This document shows positions 49,098 to 58,671 of a DNA stretch of 64,000 nt, piece by piece (within the stretch, counting starts at the first letter, position 1; every line of letters begins with the position of its first letter). The DNA lies in assembly GCA_963631715.1 (NCBI GenBank), contig CAVGRL010000006.1:6794-70793 (forward strand), in the 5' to 3' direction. Position numbers and translations under genes: made by a program. This DNA comes from Bacteroidaceae bacterium (GTDB lineage: Bacteria; Actinomycetota; Coriobacteriia; Coriobacteriales; Eggerthellaceae). The notes under the pieces were generated by a model that saw nothing but the letters and a program-made list of their open reading frames with translations, searched no databases and had not been told where the DNA came from.

Positions 49098-49125
49098 ATT
49101 ATACGGGGAGCGCCGCCGAGCGCAA
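49098..49125 (-). promoter_or_regulatory. Candidate promoter of the ilvDBNC operon
   Basis: On the minus strand, TTGCGC (49125-49120), a 16-nt spacer, then TATAAT (49103-49098). This would give a leader of about 260 nt before the ilvD ATG at 48828. Confidence 0.35.
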
Positions 49126-49387
49126 GAGTCGCTGATTCTTTATTTCGATAAAGTGAACGAACTTCACAAAACCGAAGCCGTGTTGCGAGCGGTCAACTTT
49201 TCGCTGCGAACGGACGAAGCGGGCCGCCTCGCGCAATCGGACGCCGCGCCCACGACGCGCCGTTGGCGCCCACCCAACGCTTTCCGAATCCTAAACGTGC
49301 AGCATCGACTTGGTAACAGCGAAACAACCAACGGCGGCCTTGCGGCATTGCTCCCGTACCATGGAATGCGCACGGAAAGGAAGCTAT

Positions 49388-50278
49388 ATGCAGCCAACGA
49401 GCACAATCAACCCTGCTGAAGAGCACCAGCCCGCAGGGGCCATGGGCGCAACGGAGCGCGAGGAGCAAGCCCTTCCCTCTATCGAATTGCCGCCCGACGC
49501 CGATTTTTATGGCGATTACTTACAGAAACTAAAGGAAATAACCTGGCGTTTCGAGATTTCACTTGAAACATATCTCATGGAGCGCGGCATAAATCGCGAA
49601 CGCAAGCCCATCTCTTCATGGAGCACTCGCATCAAATCGCCCGACAGCATGAAAGAAAAGCTGCTCAAGCGCGGTTTCGAGCCCACCGCCGAAAATGCCG
49701 TGTACGCTGTGCACGACGCAGCGGGCGTGCGCGTGATTTGCCCGCTGGTCGACGACGTGGCATCGGTAGCGCAATTCATTCGCGAACTGCCATGCTTCGA
49801 GGTCGTGCAAGAAAAAGATTACATTTTGCACCCGAAGCAAAACGGCTACCGCAGCTACCACATGATTCTGGCGCGCACGAACAGCGGCGACATGGACCCG
49901 GAAGCCACGCGCCTGGCGGCAGCGAAAGCTGCTATCGAGGCCCGCGAGGTATCGTTGTCGCAGCTCATCGACCACCTGAATGCAACGGGCGCCCTCGGGG
50001 GGCTCGAAATCGGAGATTCCGGCAGAGCGGGCGACGAAAGCGATCCCCAGGGGCGCTTCGAATTCGGCCGACGCATGTGCCTTGAAGTGCAACTGCGAAC
50101 CATCGCCATGGATAGCTGGGCCAGCATCGAGCACGAGTTGAAATACAAAAAAGACCTGCCGAACCAAGAGTTCTTGCAGGCCGAACTGAAGCGCTGCGCC
50201 GATGAGATGGCCGCGACAGACTTATCGCTTCAAACCATCGCCGACCTGATTGACGGGCAAAACGCGCCCGCCCAGTAA
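49388..50278 (+). CDS. Small alarmone synthetase (RelQ/RelP-type GTP pyrophosphokinase) with an internal insertion
   Basis: ATG 49388 follows AAAGGAAG. RelA/SpoT synthetase motifs HDAAGVRVIC, NGYRSYHMIL and EVQLRTIAMDSWASIEHELKYK. Confidence 0.8.
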   Translation: MQPTSTINPAEEHQPAGAMGATEREEQALPSIELPPDADFYGDYLQKLKEITWRFEISLETYLMERGINRERKPISSWSTRIKSPDSMKEKLLKRGFEPTAENAVYAVHDAAGVRVICPLVDDVASVAQFIRELPCFEVVQEKDYILHPKQNGYRSYHMILARTNSGDMDPEATRLAAAKAAIEAREVSLSQLIDHLNATGALGGLEIGDSGRAGDESDPQGRFEFGRRMCLEVQLRTIAMDSWASIEHELKYKKDLPNQEFLQAELKRCADEMAATDLSLQTIADLIDGQNAPAQ

Positions 50279-50353
50279 TAAGTGGGCTTTCGCGACATCC
50301 TCTGCGAAATACCACGAAAGCCCTTTCGGCGATTGCCTTCGCTTCGCCCTTCC

Positions 50354-51532
50354 CTACCGCGCAGCTACCGCCGCCTCGAGGCGGTCGCATGCTTCTTGAA
50401 CCATAGGCGTGGGGCTTGCGATGTTCATGCGAATAAAGCCCGAACCTTGCGAGCCGAACATCGTGCCCATATCGAGCCACAGCTTAGCATCGCGTGAAAT
50501 GAATTCCGAAAGTTCGGCATCGTTCATGCCGAGCGCCGAGCAATCGATCCACGGCAAATACGTGCTTTCGAGCGGCACAAGGCTCAAGCCCGGCATACGT
50601 TCAACGGCAGTCTTCAGCACGGCGTAGTTCTCCCCGAGCTTCGCCTGCAATTGCGCGAACCATTCATCGCCATGCTCATAGCATGCTTGCGCAGCGCACA
50701 TTCCCAAGCAGTTCGGCTCATCGTAGCCCGTGCGGCCAAGCTCGCGCTTGAACGCGGCCCGCAAATCGCCATTCGGAATGAAAATATTGCAAATCTGCAG
50801 ACCAGCAAGGTTGAATGTTTTCGATGGCGATGTGCACAGCACCACATTTTGCGCGAATTGCTCGCCCAGACTCGCAAACGGCACGTGCGTGAACCCCGGA
50901 CGCGCGAAGTCGGCATGAATCTCGTCGGAGACAACCGTCACGCCATGCGCCAAGCAAATCTCGCCTACGCGGCGCAGCTCGTCGGCGCCCCACTCGCGCC
51001 CCACTGGGTTGTGTGGACTGCACAATATGAAAAGCTTCGCTCCGCTTTCCTCAAGCGCGCGCTCGAAGCCCTCGAAATCCATAGCATAACGGCCAGTCTC
51101 GGCATCGCGCACAAGCGGGTTTTCCGCCACACGACGACCATTGTTTTCGATCATCAGGCGAAACGGATAATATACCGGCGGCTGAATAAGCACGAAATCG
51201 CCCGGCTGCGTGTAGGCGCGAATAGCCGTGGCCAGCGCGAACACCACGCCCGGCGCATGCACCGTCCACTCTCGCTGCGGGCGCCAACCGTGGTGGCGCT
51301 CGAACCAACCCTGCACCGCCGCGTGGTAGGCATCGGTCGTCATGGTGTAGCCGAATACGCCATGAGCCACGCGCGCCTGCAGCGCTTCAATAGCCTCGGG
51401 CATAACGCGGAAGTCCATATCGGCCACCCATAAGGGCAGCTCATCGGCCGCATGTCCACGCCGAGCATACGCATCCCATTTCAAGCTGCCCGTACCGCGG
51501 CGCTCGATAGGCGTTTCAAAATCGTATTTCAC
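50354..51532 (-). CDS. PatB/MalY-type C-S lyase (class I/II aminotransferase fold)
   Basis: GTG 51532 lies 6 nt after AAGGAG. N-terminus VKYDFETPIERRGTGSLKWD is characteristic of MalY/PatB. SPSKTFN PLP-lysine context. Confidence 0.8.
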   Translation of the reverse strand: MKYDFETPIERRGTGSLKWDAYARRGHAADELPLWVADMDFRVMPEAIEALQARVAHGVFGYTMTTDAYHAAVQGWFERHHGWRPQREWTVHAPGVVFALATAIRAYTQPGDFVLIQPPVYYPFRLMIENNGRRVAENPLVRDAETGRYAMDFEGFERALEESGAKLFILCSPHNPVGREWGADELRRVGEICLAHGVTVVSDEIHADFARPGFTHVPFASLGEQFAQNVVLCTSPSKTFNLAGLQICNIFIPNGDLRAAFKRELGRTGYDEPNCLGMCAAQACYEHGDEWFAQLQAKLGENYAVLKTAVERMPGLSLVPLESTYLPWIDCSALGMNDAELSEFISRDAKLWLDMGTMFGSQGSGFIRMNIASPTPMVQEACDRLEAAVAAR

Positions 51533-51610
51533 AGAAGTCTCCTTCGCATTGCGAGCAAAACGGTGCATTGCATGCTGAGCCGAACCCCAACCTCGCGCCC
51601 AAAACGCGCG

Positions 51611-52822
51611 TTACGCCAGCGCTTGCTCCAAATCGGCAAGCAAGTCTTCCACGTCCTCGATGCCCACCGAAAGGCGCAGCAGGCGTTCATCAATACCCAA
51701 CGCATCGCGCATTTCGGTAGGAATAGATCCGTGCGTTTGCACCAATGGGTATGTCATAAGCGACTCGGCGCCGCCCAAGCTCTCTGCGAACAAGATGAGC
51801 TTCGCCCGCTCGAGCGCATCGACCGCACGCTGCTTCGTATCGGTCTTAAACGATATCATGGCACCGAAGCCCGTCGTTTGTCGAAGCGAGCGCGCATAGC
51901 CCGGATGATCGGGGTCGCCCACATAATGCACTTCGGCCACATGCGGGTGCTTCTTCAGAAAACTCGCGATACGCAGCGCATTTTGCTCTTGACGGCGCAG
52001 GCGCACACCCAACGTCTTCAAGCTGCGAATCATAAGCCAGCTATCGAATGGGGCCAGCTGGTTGCCTTCGCTCATCGCGGCATTGAACAGCGGCTCGATG
52101 AGTTCTTCGTCGCGCACGATTAAAAAACCCGACAGCACATCGTTGTGGCCGCACAGGTATTTCGTGCCGCTATACACCACGATATCGGCGCCGAAATCGA
52201 ACGGACGCTGGAAATACATGGTGAGAAACGTGTTGTCCACGGCAAGCAGCGCACCGTGGGCGTGCGCCGCATCGGCAACGGCGGCGATGTCGGCCACCTT
52301 CATCATGGGATTTGTGGGCGTTTCCAAAAACACGAGGCGCGTATTGGGACGAAACGAGGCTTCGAGCTGGTCGGCATCGGTAAGGTCGGCATAGGTGAAT
52401 TCCAGGCCATATTGGGCGAATACCTGCGAAAACAAGCGATACGTGCCGCCGTACAAATCGTCGCTCACTACGGCATGATCGCCCGATTTCATGAGTTTAA
52501 TCAGGCACGATATAGCCGCCATGCCGCTAGAAAACGCCATGGCCTTCTTGCCACCCTCGAGCGCCGCGATCGTGTTTTCGAGCTCCAGTCGCGTGGGGTT
52601 TCCGCAGCGCGAATAGCAATAGCCCGTCGATTGGCCAAACGCTGGGTGCGCAAACGTGGCCGATTGGTAAATGGGGAAACTGATGGATCCAGTCTCTTTG
52701 TCGACTCCGTGGTAGCCACGCACGGCCACCGAATCGATGCGCAAGCCCGAACATCGATCCTCGTCGATGCCCAGCAACCCATCGATTTCTTGCGCCATTG
52801 CCTTGAAGCTCGAATCGTCCAT
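51611..52822 (-). CDS. Cys/Met-metabolism PLP-dependent enzyme (cystathionine gamma-synthase / beta- or gamma-lyase family)
   Basis: 403 aa. YSRCGNPTR and SGTKYLCGHNDV (PLP lysine) motifs. Confidence 0.8.
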   Translation of the reverse strand: MDDSSFKAMAQEIDGLLGIDEDRCSGLRIDSVAVRGYHGVDKETGSISFPIYQSATFAHPAFGQSTGYCYSRCGNPTRLELENTIAALEGGKKAMAFSSGMAAISCLIKLMKSGDHAVVSDDLYGGTYRLFSQVFAQYGLEFTYADLTDADQLEASFRPNTRLVFLETPTNPMMKVADIAAVADAAHAHGALLAVDNTFLTMYFQRPFDFGADIVVYSGTKYLCGHNDVLSGFLIVRDEELIEPLFNAAMSEGNQLAPFDSWLMIRSLKTLGVRLRRQEQNALRIASFLKKHPHVAEVHYVGDPDHPGYARSLRQTTGFGAMISFKTDTKQRAVDALERAKLILFAESLGGAESLMTYPLVQTHGSIPTEMRDALGIDERLLRLSVGIEDVEDLLADLEQALA

Positions 52823-53003
52823 GCGCCGCCCTTTCGTCCCATGTTTTCTTGGCGACGCACTAGCCTACCCGAACGAAGAAACATTCCGGGGCGAGATTCC
52901 TAGTTGCTATATAGGTTTTGCAGAAACTCAGCGTGCTGTTTTGGCGATAGCGGCCGCAAACAAACTCGCCAGCGGCCGCCATACGAACGCGCAGATTGGG
53001 CCC

Positions 53004-54275
53004 CTAGCCCACCACGACGCCAAGGCCATCGGGAATCACGGCCACCTTGGCATCTGGGCCCTTCAGCTGAAATGCGACTTCAAGCGCCTCATCGACGGTA
53101 TTCGCGGGCGTCATATGCATATCGCGAATCATCTGGTGATCGCACAGGTCGGTTACCATAATCACCTGATGGTGCGACAAGATCCGCGAAAGAATCTGGC
53201 TCTCCCATTGATCTGCCAGCGTGTCTTCCTTGGGGCGTTCAACGCATTCGCGCTCAAAGGCCGCAGGGTCACTCTCGGAAATGCTCTTGTAGAAGCCTTC
53301 GCCACCGTGGCCGTCGGCGCAACCCGCGACTTCGATAATCACACCGCCTTCGGGCAGCGTGGCTTCGGCCGCACACATGCCCTTTACCGACTGGTAGATA
53401 TTTTGATCGAGCGGATAGCCGCCATTGGTCGTGATAGCGATATCGCAAGCCACGGGAGAAACTCGGCATAGCTCGCCCACGAATTCGCAACCTGCCGCAT
53501 GAGCAGCCGATTTATCACCCGCAAAAGCAGCGATAACGTCGTGATTCCCATCTATTACCACATTCAAGATAAACGCCAAGTTGGCCATCTCGGCTGCAGC
53601 GAGCATATCCTCGTGCATGCGATTGTTTCGCAAATTGCCCGCGCGGCTCGCCCCATCGTTGATGAATTGGCCGTTGTGGTTGTACATGATGGTTTTATAC
53701 GACGCGACACCCGGCAGCACCGACTTGCGGCCGCCCGAGAAGCCCGCGAAGAAATGCGGCTCAATGAATCCTTCGGAAATCAGCAGGTCAGCCTCGGCGG
53801 CCACCTTGTTGATGATGCATTCCCCGCCCGACGGCAACGTGCCAATCTTTTTCATCGCCGCGTCGTCTTTGGAAATGTGCATGACTATTTCCTCGTTCGC
53901 CACAATGTCGGCGCCGTATTTGGCAACGAGCTCGTCGTGCGTCGAGGGCCGATGCATGCCCGTTGCGATCAAAATGCGCACGCGCGCATCGGGAGCCGCC
54001 GTATGAATGCGCCGAAGCAAGATGGGCATAGTGATATGCGAAGGCACCGGGCGCGTATGGTCGGAGCTGATAATCACGATATCGCGTTTGCCCTGGCACA
54101 ATTCTTCGAGCTTCGGCGACCCATGCGGTGCATCAAGGGCGTCCTCAACGAGCTCGGTTTGCGATTTCGCAGGAACGTATTCGCCTTGGCGGCCCGCAAG
54201 CACGCCGGCGAGGTTTTCATCGGGAACGCGCACCGTCATGGTTCGGCGATCGTAGGGAACTTCCATTTCGAACAT
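53004..54275 (-). CDS. LarA-family (nickel-pincer-dependent lactate racemase-like, DUF2088) protein
   Basis: ATG 54275 follows AAAGGAAA. MFEMEVPYDRRTMTVRVPDENL ... ISSDHTRPVP ... ATGMHRPST pattern of LarA homologues. Confidence 0.8.
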   Translation of the reverse strand: MFEMEVPYDRRTMTVRVPDENLAGVLAGRQGEYVPAKSQTELVEDALDAPHGSPKLEELCQGKRDIVIISSDHTRPVPSHITMPILLRRIHTAAPDARVRILIATGMHRPSTHDELVAKYGADIVANEEIVMHISKDDAAMKKIGTLPSGGECIINKVAAEADLLISEGFIEPHFFAGFSGGRKSVLPGVASYKTIMYNHNGQFINDGASRAGNLRNNRMHEDMLAAAEMANLAFILNVVIDGNHDVIAAFAGDKSAAHAAGCEFVGELCRVSPVACDIAITTNGGYPLDQNIYQSVKGMCAAEATLPEGGVIIEVAGCADGHGGEGFYKSISESDPAAFERECVERPKEDTLADQWESQILSRILSHHQVIMVTDLCDHQMIRDMHMTPANTVDEALEVAFQLKGPDAKVAVIPDGLGVVVG

Positions 54276-54459
54276 AGGGTTTCCTTTCGACGCAAGCATT
54301 GAGTTTTTCCGAAGCCTTGCGAACTGGGCATTTTTGAATAGCCCACGAAGAGGCCGAAAGCCCGAGAACTGCTCGATCGCAAGCATCGCACCGCACTTGG
54401 CGCATTACGAAGCGCGGCCCGAACCTCAGCAAAAGGCTCGGGCCGCAATTGGCGTTTGC

Positions 54460-55878
54460 TTAGCTGCACACCTTGCCGGGGTTCAAGATGCAATTCGGAT
54501 CGAACACGCCCTTGATACCGGCCATCAAGGAATATGCCGTATCGCCCACCGACTCGCGCAGGTATTCCTTCTTGGCATGGCCAATGCCGTGCTCGCCAGA
54601 AACCTGACCGCCAAGCTCGGCGCATTTCGCATACGCGGCATGCATGACGCGCGTCGACTTCTCGAGGAACGCGTCTTTATCGATGTTGTTGCCGCAGCAA
54701 TAGATATGCAGATTGCCGTCGCCCGCGTGGCCGAACGAGCGGATAAGCACGTCGTTTTCGACGCCCGTATTGTGGATGAAGCCCAGGAACTCGGCGATTT
54801 TGTCAACAGGAACAACCACGTCCATCTCGTCGAGGTGCTGCGTTTCCGCCTCGATAACCGTGAGAAACGCGCTGCGCGCGGCCCAGACCGACGCCTTGTC
54901 GGAAGGATGGTCGATAACCAACGTATCGAAAGCGCCCGTTTCATCGGCGATTTCCGCCAGGGTCTCGGCGCGCTGGAAAATCTCATCGGCATCATTGCCA
55001 TCGAGCGTGACCAGGATATATGCGCCGCACTCATTGCCGTCGACCACCGTGGGAATGATATGGTTGCCGGTATATTCCGCCGACGAATCGACGATATCGC
55101 GCTCCATGAATTCGATGGACTGAGGATTCAAGCCGGCCAGCTTGATCTTCGGAACGGCAGAAATAGCCGTCTCGATGTCGTGGAACGACAGGATAAAGCT
55201 CGTGTCCTCTTTCGGGTTGGGAATGAGCTTCATCGACAGCTCGGTGATAACGCCCAGCGTGCCTTCCGAGCCGATCATCAGGTGCAGCAAGCTGTAGCCC
55301 GAGCTGGTTTTCGTGACCTCGCGACCCAAGCGCAGCACTTCGCCATTCGGAAGAACAACCGTAAGCGCCAACACGTAATCGCGCGTGGTGCCATATTTCA
55401 CCGCACGCATACCGCCGGCATTCGTGGACACATTGCCGCCGACAGAGCCGGTCTTCTCGCCCGGATCAGGCGGATACATGAAACCATGCTCGATAGCGTC
55501 GGCCGCCAAATCGCACAGGCGAACGCCCGGCTGCACGCGAACGAACAAGTTGTTCATGTCGTATTCGATAATCTGGTCCATGCGCATGGTACACAACACG
55601 ATGCCACCCGCAAGCGGCGTGCTGCCGCCCACCAGGCCCGTACCCGCACCGCGCACCGTAACGGGGATGTTATTCGCATTCGCGAGTTTCATGATGGCCG
55701 AAACTTCTTCGGTTGACGCGGGAAGCGCCACGACATCGGGCATGCGCGTGCCATAAATTGGCATCTCATCGTGCCCGTAATCTTCGTTGATGTCATCCCC
55801 CGTGAGGCAATTGTCGGTGCCCACGATGTGCTCAAGCTCGGCGATGAGCTCCGGGGTAAGTTCGTTGTACTCGGCCAT
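54460..55878 (-). CDS. FAD-linked oxidase (GlcD / D-lactate dehydrogenase family)
   Basis: 472 aa. FAD_binding_4-like VTVRGAGTGLVGGS and C-terminal GEHGIGHAKKEYL. Confidence 0.85.
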   Translation of the reverse strand: MAEYNELTPELIAELEHIVGTDNCLTGDDINEDYGHDEMPIYGTRMPDVVALPASTEEVSAIMKLANANNIPVTVRGAGTGLVGGSTPLAGGIVLCTMRMDQIIEYDMNNLFVRVQPGVRLCDLAADAIEHGFMYPPDPGEKTGSVGGNVSTNAGGMRAVKYGTTRDYVLALTVVLPNGEVLRLGREVTKTSSGYSLLHLMIGSEGTLGVITELSMKLIPNPKEDTSFILSFHDIETAISAVPKIKLAGLNPQSIEFMERDIVDSSAEYTGNHIIPTVVDGNECGAYILVTLDGNDADEIFQRAETLAEIADETGAFDTLVIDHPSDKASVWAARSAFLTVIEAETQHLDEMDVVVPVDKIAEFLGFIHNTGVENDVLIRSFGHAGDGNLHIYCCGNNIDKDAFLEKSTRVMHAAYAKCAELGGQVSGEHGIGHAKKEYLRESVGDTAYSLMAGIKGVFDPNCILNPGKVCS

Positions 55879-56241
55879 GGCTCCCTTTCCGTGCGAATGC
55901 GAATCACGACGAACCGGCTGTTCACGCCGGGACGCCCGTTAATAACGTATTTCTTTCCGTTGCGTTCAGCGAACTCTAACATACTAAAGCGCGAATGCAA
56001 TTCCCTGGCGAAGCCATGCTATCAAGCGGCATTTTGCGGCGGCGAACGGCAGGTTGCCAGCCGCAAGCGGCCGCCCCACCTGAAAAAAAAGAGGGCCCCG
56101 CCGCATATATGCAGCAGGACCCAGGAAGCGAAGGGGTGGCCGCCCGCTCAAGGGAGGAGAAACGGGCGGCCTAGAGGGGAAATAGGGGGTTGTCAAGGTG
56201 TCGGCGACGCGAGCCAAATGCGGGACGTGCCGCCGATTGAT

Positions 56242-56997
56242 TTACTTTGCCTCGGGCAAGCCGGCGGCATCGACGAGGTCTTGGCTTTCCCAATATGTCA
56301 GCCAACCATCAGGCACAACAGCATCGGCGTGGCATTCGGTGCAATACATGACCGACGCGCGATGCGCCTTGTGGCACGTGCTGCACTTTTGCTCGCCATG
56401 GCGGTCGGAATGCGGGTTTACCACGCCCATCCATTCCGTCTTCTTCTGCAAGTCGGCACGCGTGAACGTATGGCACGTCTCATTCATGCAGAACTCATCG
56501 GAATTCTCGAGCCCGCGCGCCTCCACGAGCTGCGTTACCGTACGCTCGCCAAGCGTGCTGTCGTAGTTGCCCGAAACCCATTCCAAGCCTTCGGTTATCT
56601 GTTCGCCAATCTGGGGAACATGGCAATCCATGCAGGTCTTGCCCACCTGCCCGTGCAGGGCGGCGAGCATGGCGGACGAATCGGCCACTTCGTTGCCCCA
56701 CTTGTCGGTGCCGGCCTCGCCGGGGGTCGCCTCGTACGTCGGCAGGTACGAATCCATGGGATCGTGGCAAATCGCCGCGCAGAAGCTCGGCTGCTCATGC
56801 CACACCATAAGGCCCGCGGCGGCCAGCACAACCACGGCCGCCACAACGCAGGCGGTAATGCCGCGACGCTTGCGCTTCGACGCTCGATCGGCAGACGCGG
56901 ACACCTCGGCATCGGGTGTTTCGACGGCGGCTTCATCGACGGGATTGTCCTGAATCTCGCCGATGGCCTCGAGTTTTGTTTCTTCGGAATTGCTCAT
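56242..56997 (-). CDS. Membrane-anchored multihaem cytochrome c (NapC/NirT- or c3-like)
   Basis: One N-terminal TM helix (ITACVVAAVVVLAAAGLMVW). Five haem-attachment-type motifs: CAAICH, CMDCH, CMNETCH, CSTCH, CTECH. It starts 30 nt after the reductase stop. Confidence 0.8.
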   Translation of the reverse strand: MSNSEETKLEAIGEIQDNPVDEAAVETPDAEVSASADRASKRKRRGITACVVAAVVVLAAAGLMVWHEQPSFCAAICHDPMDSYLPTYEATPGEAGTDKWGNEVADSSAMLAALHGQVGKTCMDCHVPQIGEQITEGLEWVSGNYDSTLGERTVTQLVEARGLENSDEFCMNETCHTFTRADLQKKTEWMGVVNPHSDRHGEQKCSTCHKAHRASVMYCTECHADAVVPDGWLTYWESQDLVDAAGLPEAK

Positions 56998-57027
56998 TTC
57001 GCAGTCCTTACCTTAGCCCGCGGCCAG

Positions 57028-58671
57028 CTAGGCGATACCCAGCACGTTGCGCACGGCGATGCGACCGAATGCACAGCATTCGCCCAGATTGCCGCCGCCG
57101 TTGTACATATCGCACCACACACTGCCAAATTCGCCCGCCGAATACAGGTTGGGAATGGGCTCGCCGTTCAGGTCGATAATCTGCGCGCGCTCGTTGCGGC
57201 GCGGACCGCCGTCGGTGTTGAGCAACGTCGTGGAGCAGTGACATGCATGGAACGGCGCCTTCTTGATGGGCGTCAGCGTCCAAGCCGGGCGATGAAATGC
57301 CGGATCTTCACCGGCCTCGCAATATTGGTTCCACAAGTCGACGGTGCGCGTAAGCTCGTCGGTCGGCAAGCCAGCCTTCTCGGCAAGCTCGGCAATCGAA
57401 TCGGCGCGGAAGCCAAACCCGTCGCTCGACGGCTCGAAGTTCGGGGCCGTCTCGTAAGCCATCATCTTCTGGTAGCCCTCGTCGTCAAGGATGTACCACG
57501 TAGTCTTCGGCATGGGCAGATGCGGCCATTCGCCGCCGAACTGCATATGGCCGTGACGGCTGCCCACGTTGATCGACAGCGGATTGTCGTCGATAACGTC
57601 CCAATCGTGCTCGTGGTCGCTATCCCAGTCCATGAAGAAGCGGCGGCCGTTCACCGCAACGGTGATGCCGAACTGCTTCGGCGTACGCATGGTGACCTCG
57701 TCGCCTTCAATCGGCGACACGCTGGTCCAAAAGCCTGCGCAGCTGTTCATGTGCCACATGTCGGCGCCGATGCGGCTGCAGATATAATGGCCGTCGCCGG
57801 TGTTCATGCGGCCGGCGATACAACGTGCCGTGGTGCCCGACAGGTAGTCGCCGCGCATCTGCGGGTTGTTCTCGAAGCCACCGCACGTCATGATGACGCC
57901 CTTGTTCGCCTTCACATACACCGTTTTACCCTCGTAGGTGTACACGCCGCCGAGAACGGCTTTGGTCTCGGGGTCTTGCACCAGCGCAGTGAGCGGCGCG
58001 TTCAACTTATGCGTGATGTTGTCGTTGTTCGCGAACGCATGGTTCACGAATTTGATCACGTGATCGTATTCTTCGCCTTTGAAGTACAATACGCCCAGGT
58101 TGTAGCCATGCGGCAGCTCGGCGTATTCGGGGTAGCACGTCTCACCCGTACCCTTGTGGAAATGCTCGCTGAAGTCCACGTCTTCGGAATTGAAATCGGG
58201 CAGGCTTTCAATCCAGGCACGATTCTCATGGATGCCCTCGGCGAAAGCATCGAGCACGGCATCGGGGGTATTGTCCATCTCGCCGCGCAGCTCATAGAGG
58301 TACTGGCGGAAACCTTCGGCGTGTTCGTCGTCGGTCCACAGCACGCGACCGGCAGAAAACGGGCTATCGCCCTGGCCGAGCGTCATCGCGCCTTTCTCAA
58401 GCAACAAGGCCTTAGCACCGTTGCCTTCGGTAGCGACGGTCGCTGCGGCAGCCTGCCCCGCAAGGCCGCCGCCCACGATGAGCACATCGGTCTCTTCGTC
58501 CCAATCGATTTCCGCAACGGAGTTCGCCGCGTTGTTCTTGTTTTCGGCCGTACCTTTCGCGCCGCAGCCGCCAAGCATGGCAGCGGCCGCGCCAGCGAAC
58601 ACCGTGGCACCCGCAGCTTTGATGAAGTTGCGGCGGCTGGCGTTCAGATTCAGGCTTTCATTGAGGTCCAT
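57028..58671 (-). CDS. Tat-exported FAD-dependent reductase (fumarate reductase flavoprotein family), lipobox-like
   Basis: ATG 58671 follows GAAGGAGGAAGAG. SRRNFIKAAG twin-arginine motif, LGGC, DVLIVGGGLAGQAAAA dinucleotide fold, and C-terminal NLYSAGE...GGNLG. Confidence 0.85.
   Translation of the reverse strand: MDLNESLNLNASRRNFIKAAGATVFAGAAAAMLGGCGAKGTAENKNNAANSVAEIDWDEETDVLIVGGGLAGQAAAATVATEGNGAKALLLEKGAMTLGQGDSPFSAGRVLWTDDEHAEGFRQYLYELRGEMDNTPDAVLDAFAEGIHENRAWIESLPDFNSEDVDFSEHFHKGTGETCYPEYAELPHGYNLGVLYFKGEEYDHVIKFVNHAFANNDNITHKLNAPLTALVQDPETKAVLGGVYTYEGKTVYVKANKGVIMTCGGFENNPQMRGDYLSGTTARCIAGRMNTGDGHYICSRIGADMWHMNSCAGFWTSVSPIEGDEVTMRTPKQFGITVAVNGRRFFMDWDSDHEHDWDVIDDNPLSINVGSRHGHMQFGGEWPHLPMPKTTWYILDDEGYQKMMAYETAPNFEPSSDGFGFRADSIAELAEKAGLPTDELTRTVDLWNQYCEAGEDPAFHRPAWTLTPIKKAPFHACHCSTTLLNTDGGPRRNERAQIIDLNGEPIPNLYSAGEFGSVWCDMYNGGGNLGECCAFGRIAVRNVLGIA

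Noticed and set aside
52823-53003. Searched for an S-box/SAM riboswitch or T-box upstream of the transsulfuration/C-S lyase genes, and likewise at 8512-8668 upstream of the MetE-like gene.
   Set aside because: No recognisable conserved cores were seen by eye. Only two GCGGCCGC sites that could pair (52981-52943 region). A covariance-model scan is needed before claiming anything.
57028-58671. Naming the flavoprotein and cytochrome pair cgr2/cgr1.
   Set aside because: The architecture matches, but here the gene order is flavoprotein then cytochrome. I cannot verify sequence identity to Cgr1/Cgr2 without a database comparison, so no gene symbols are assigned.
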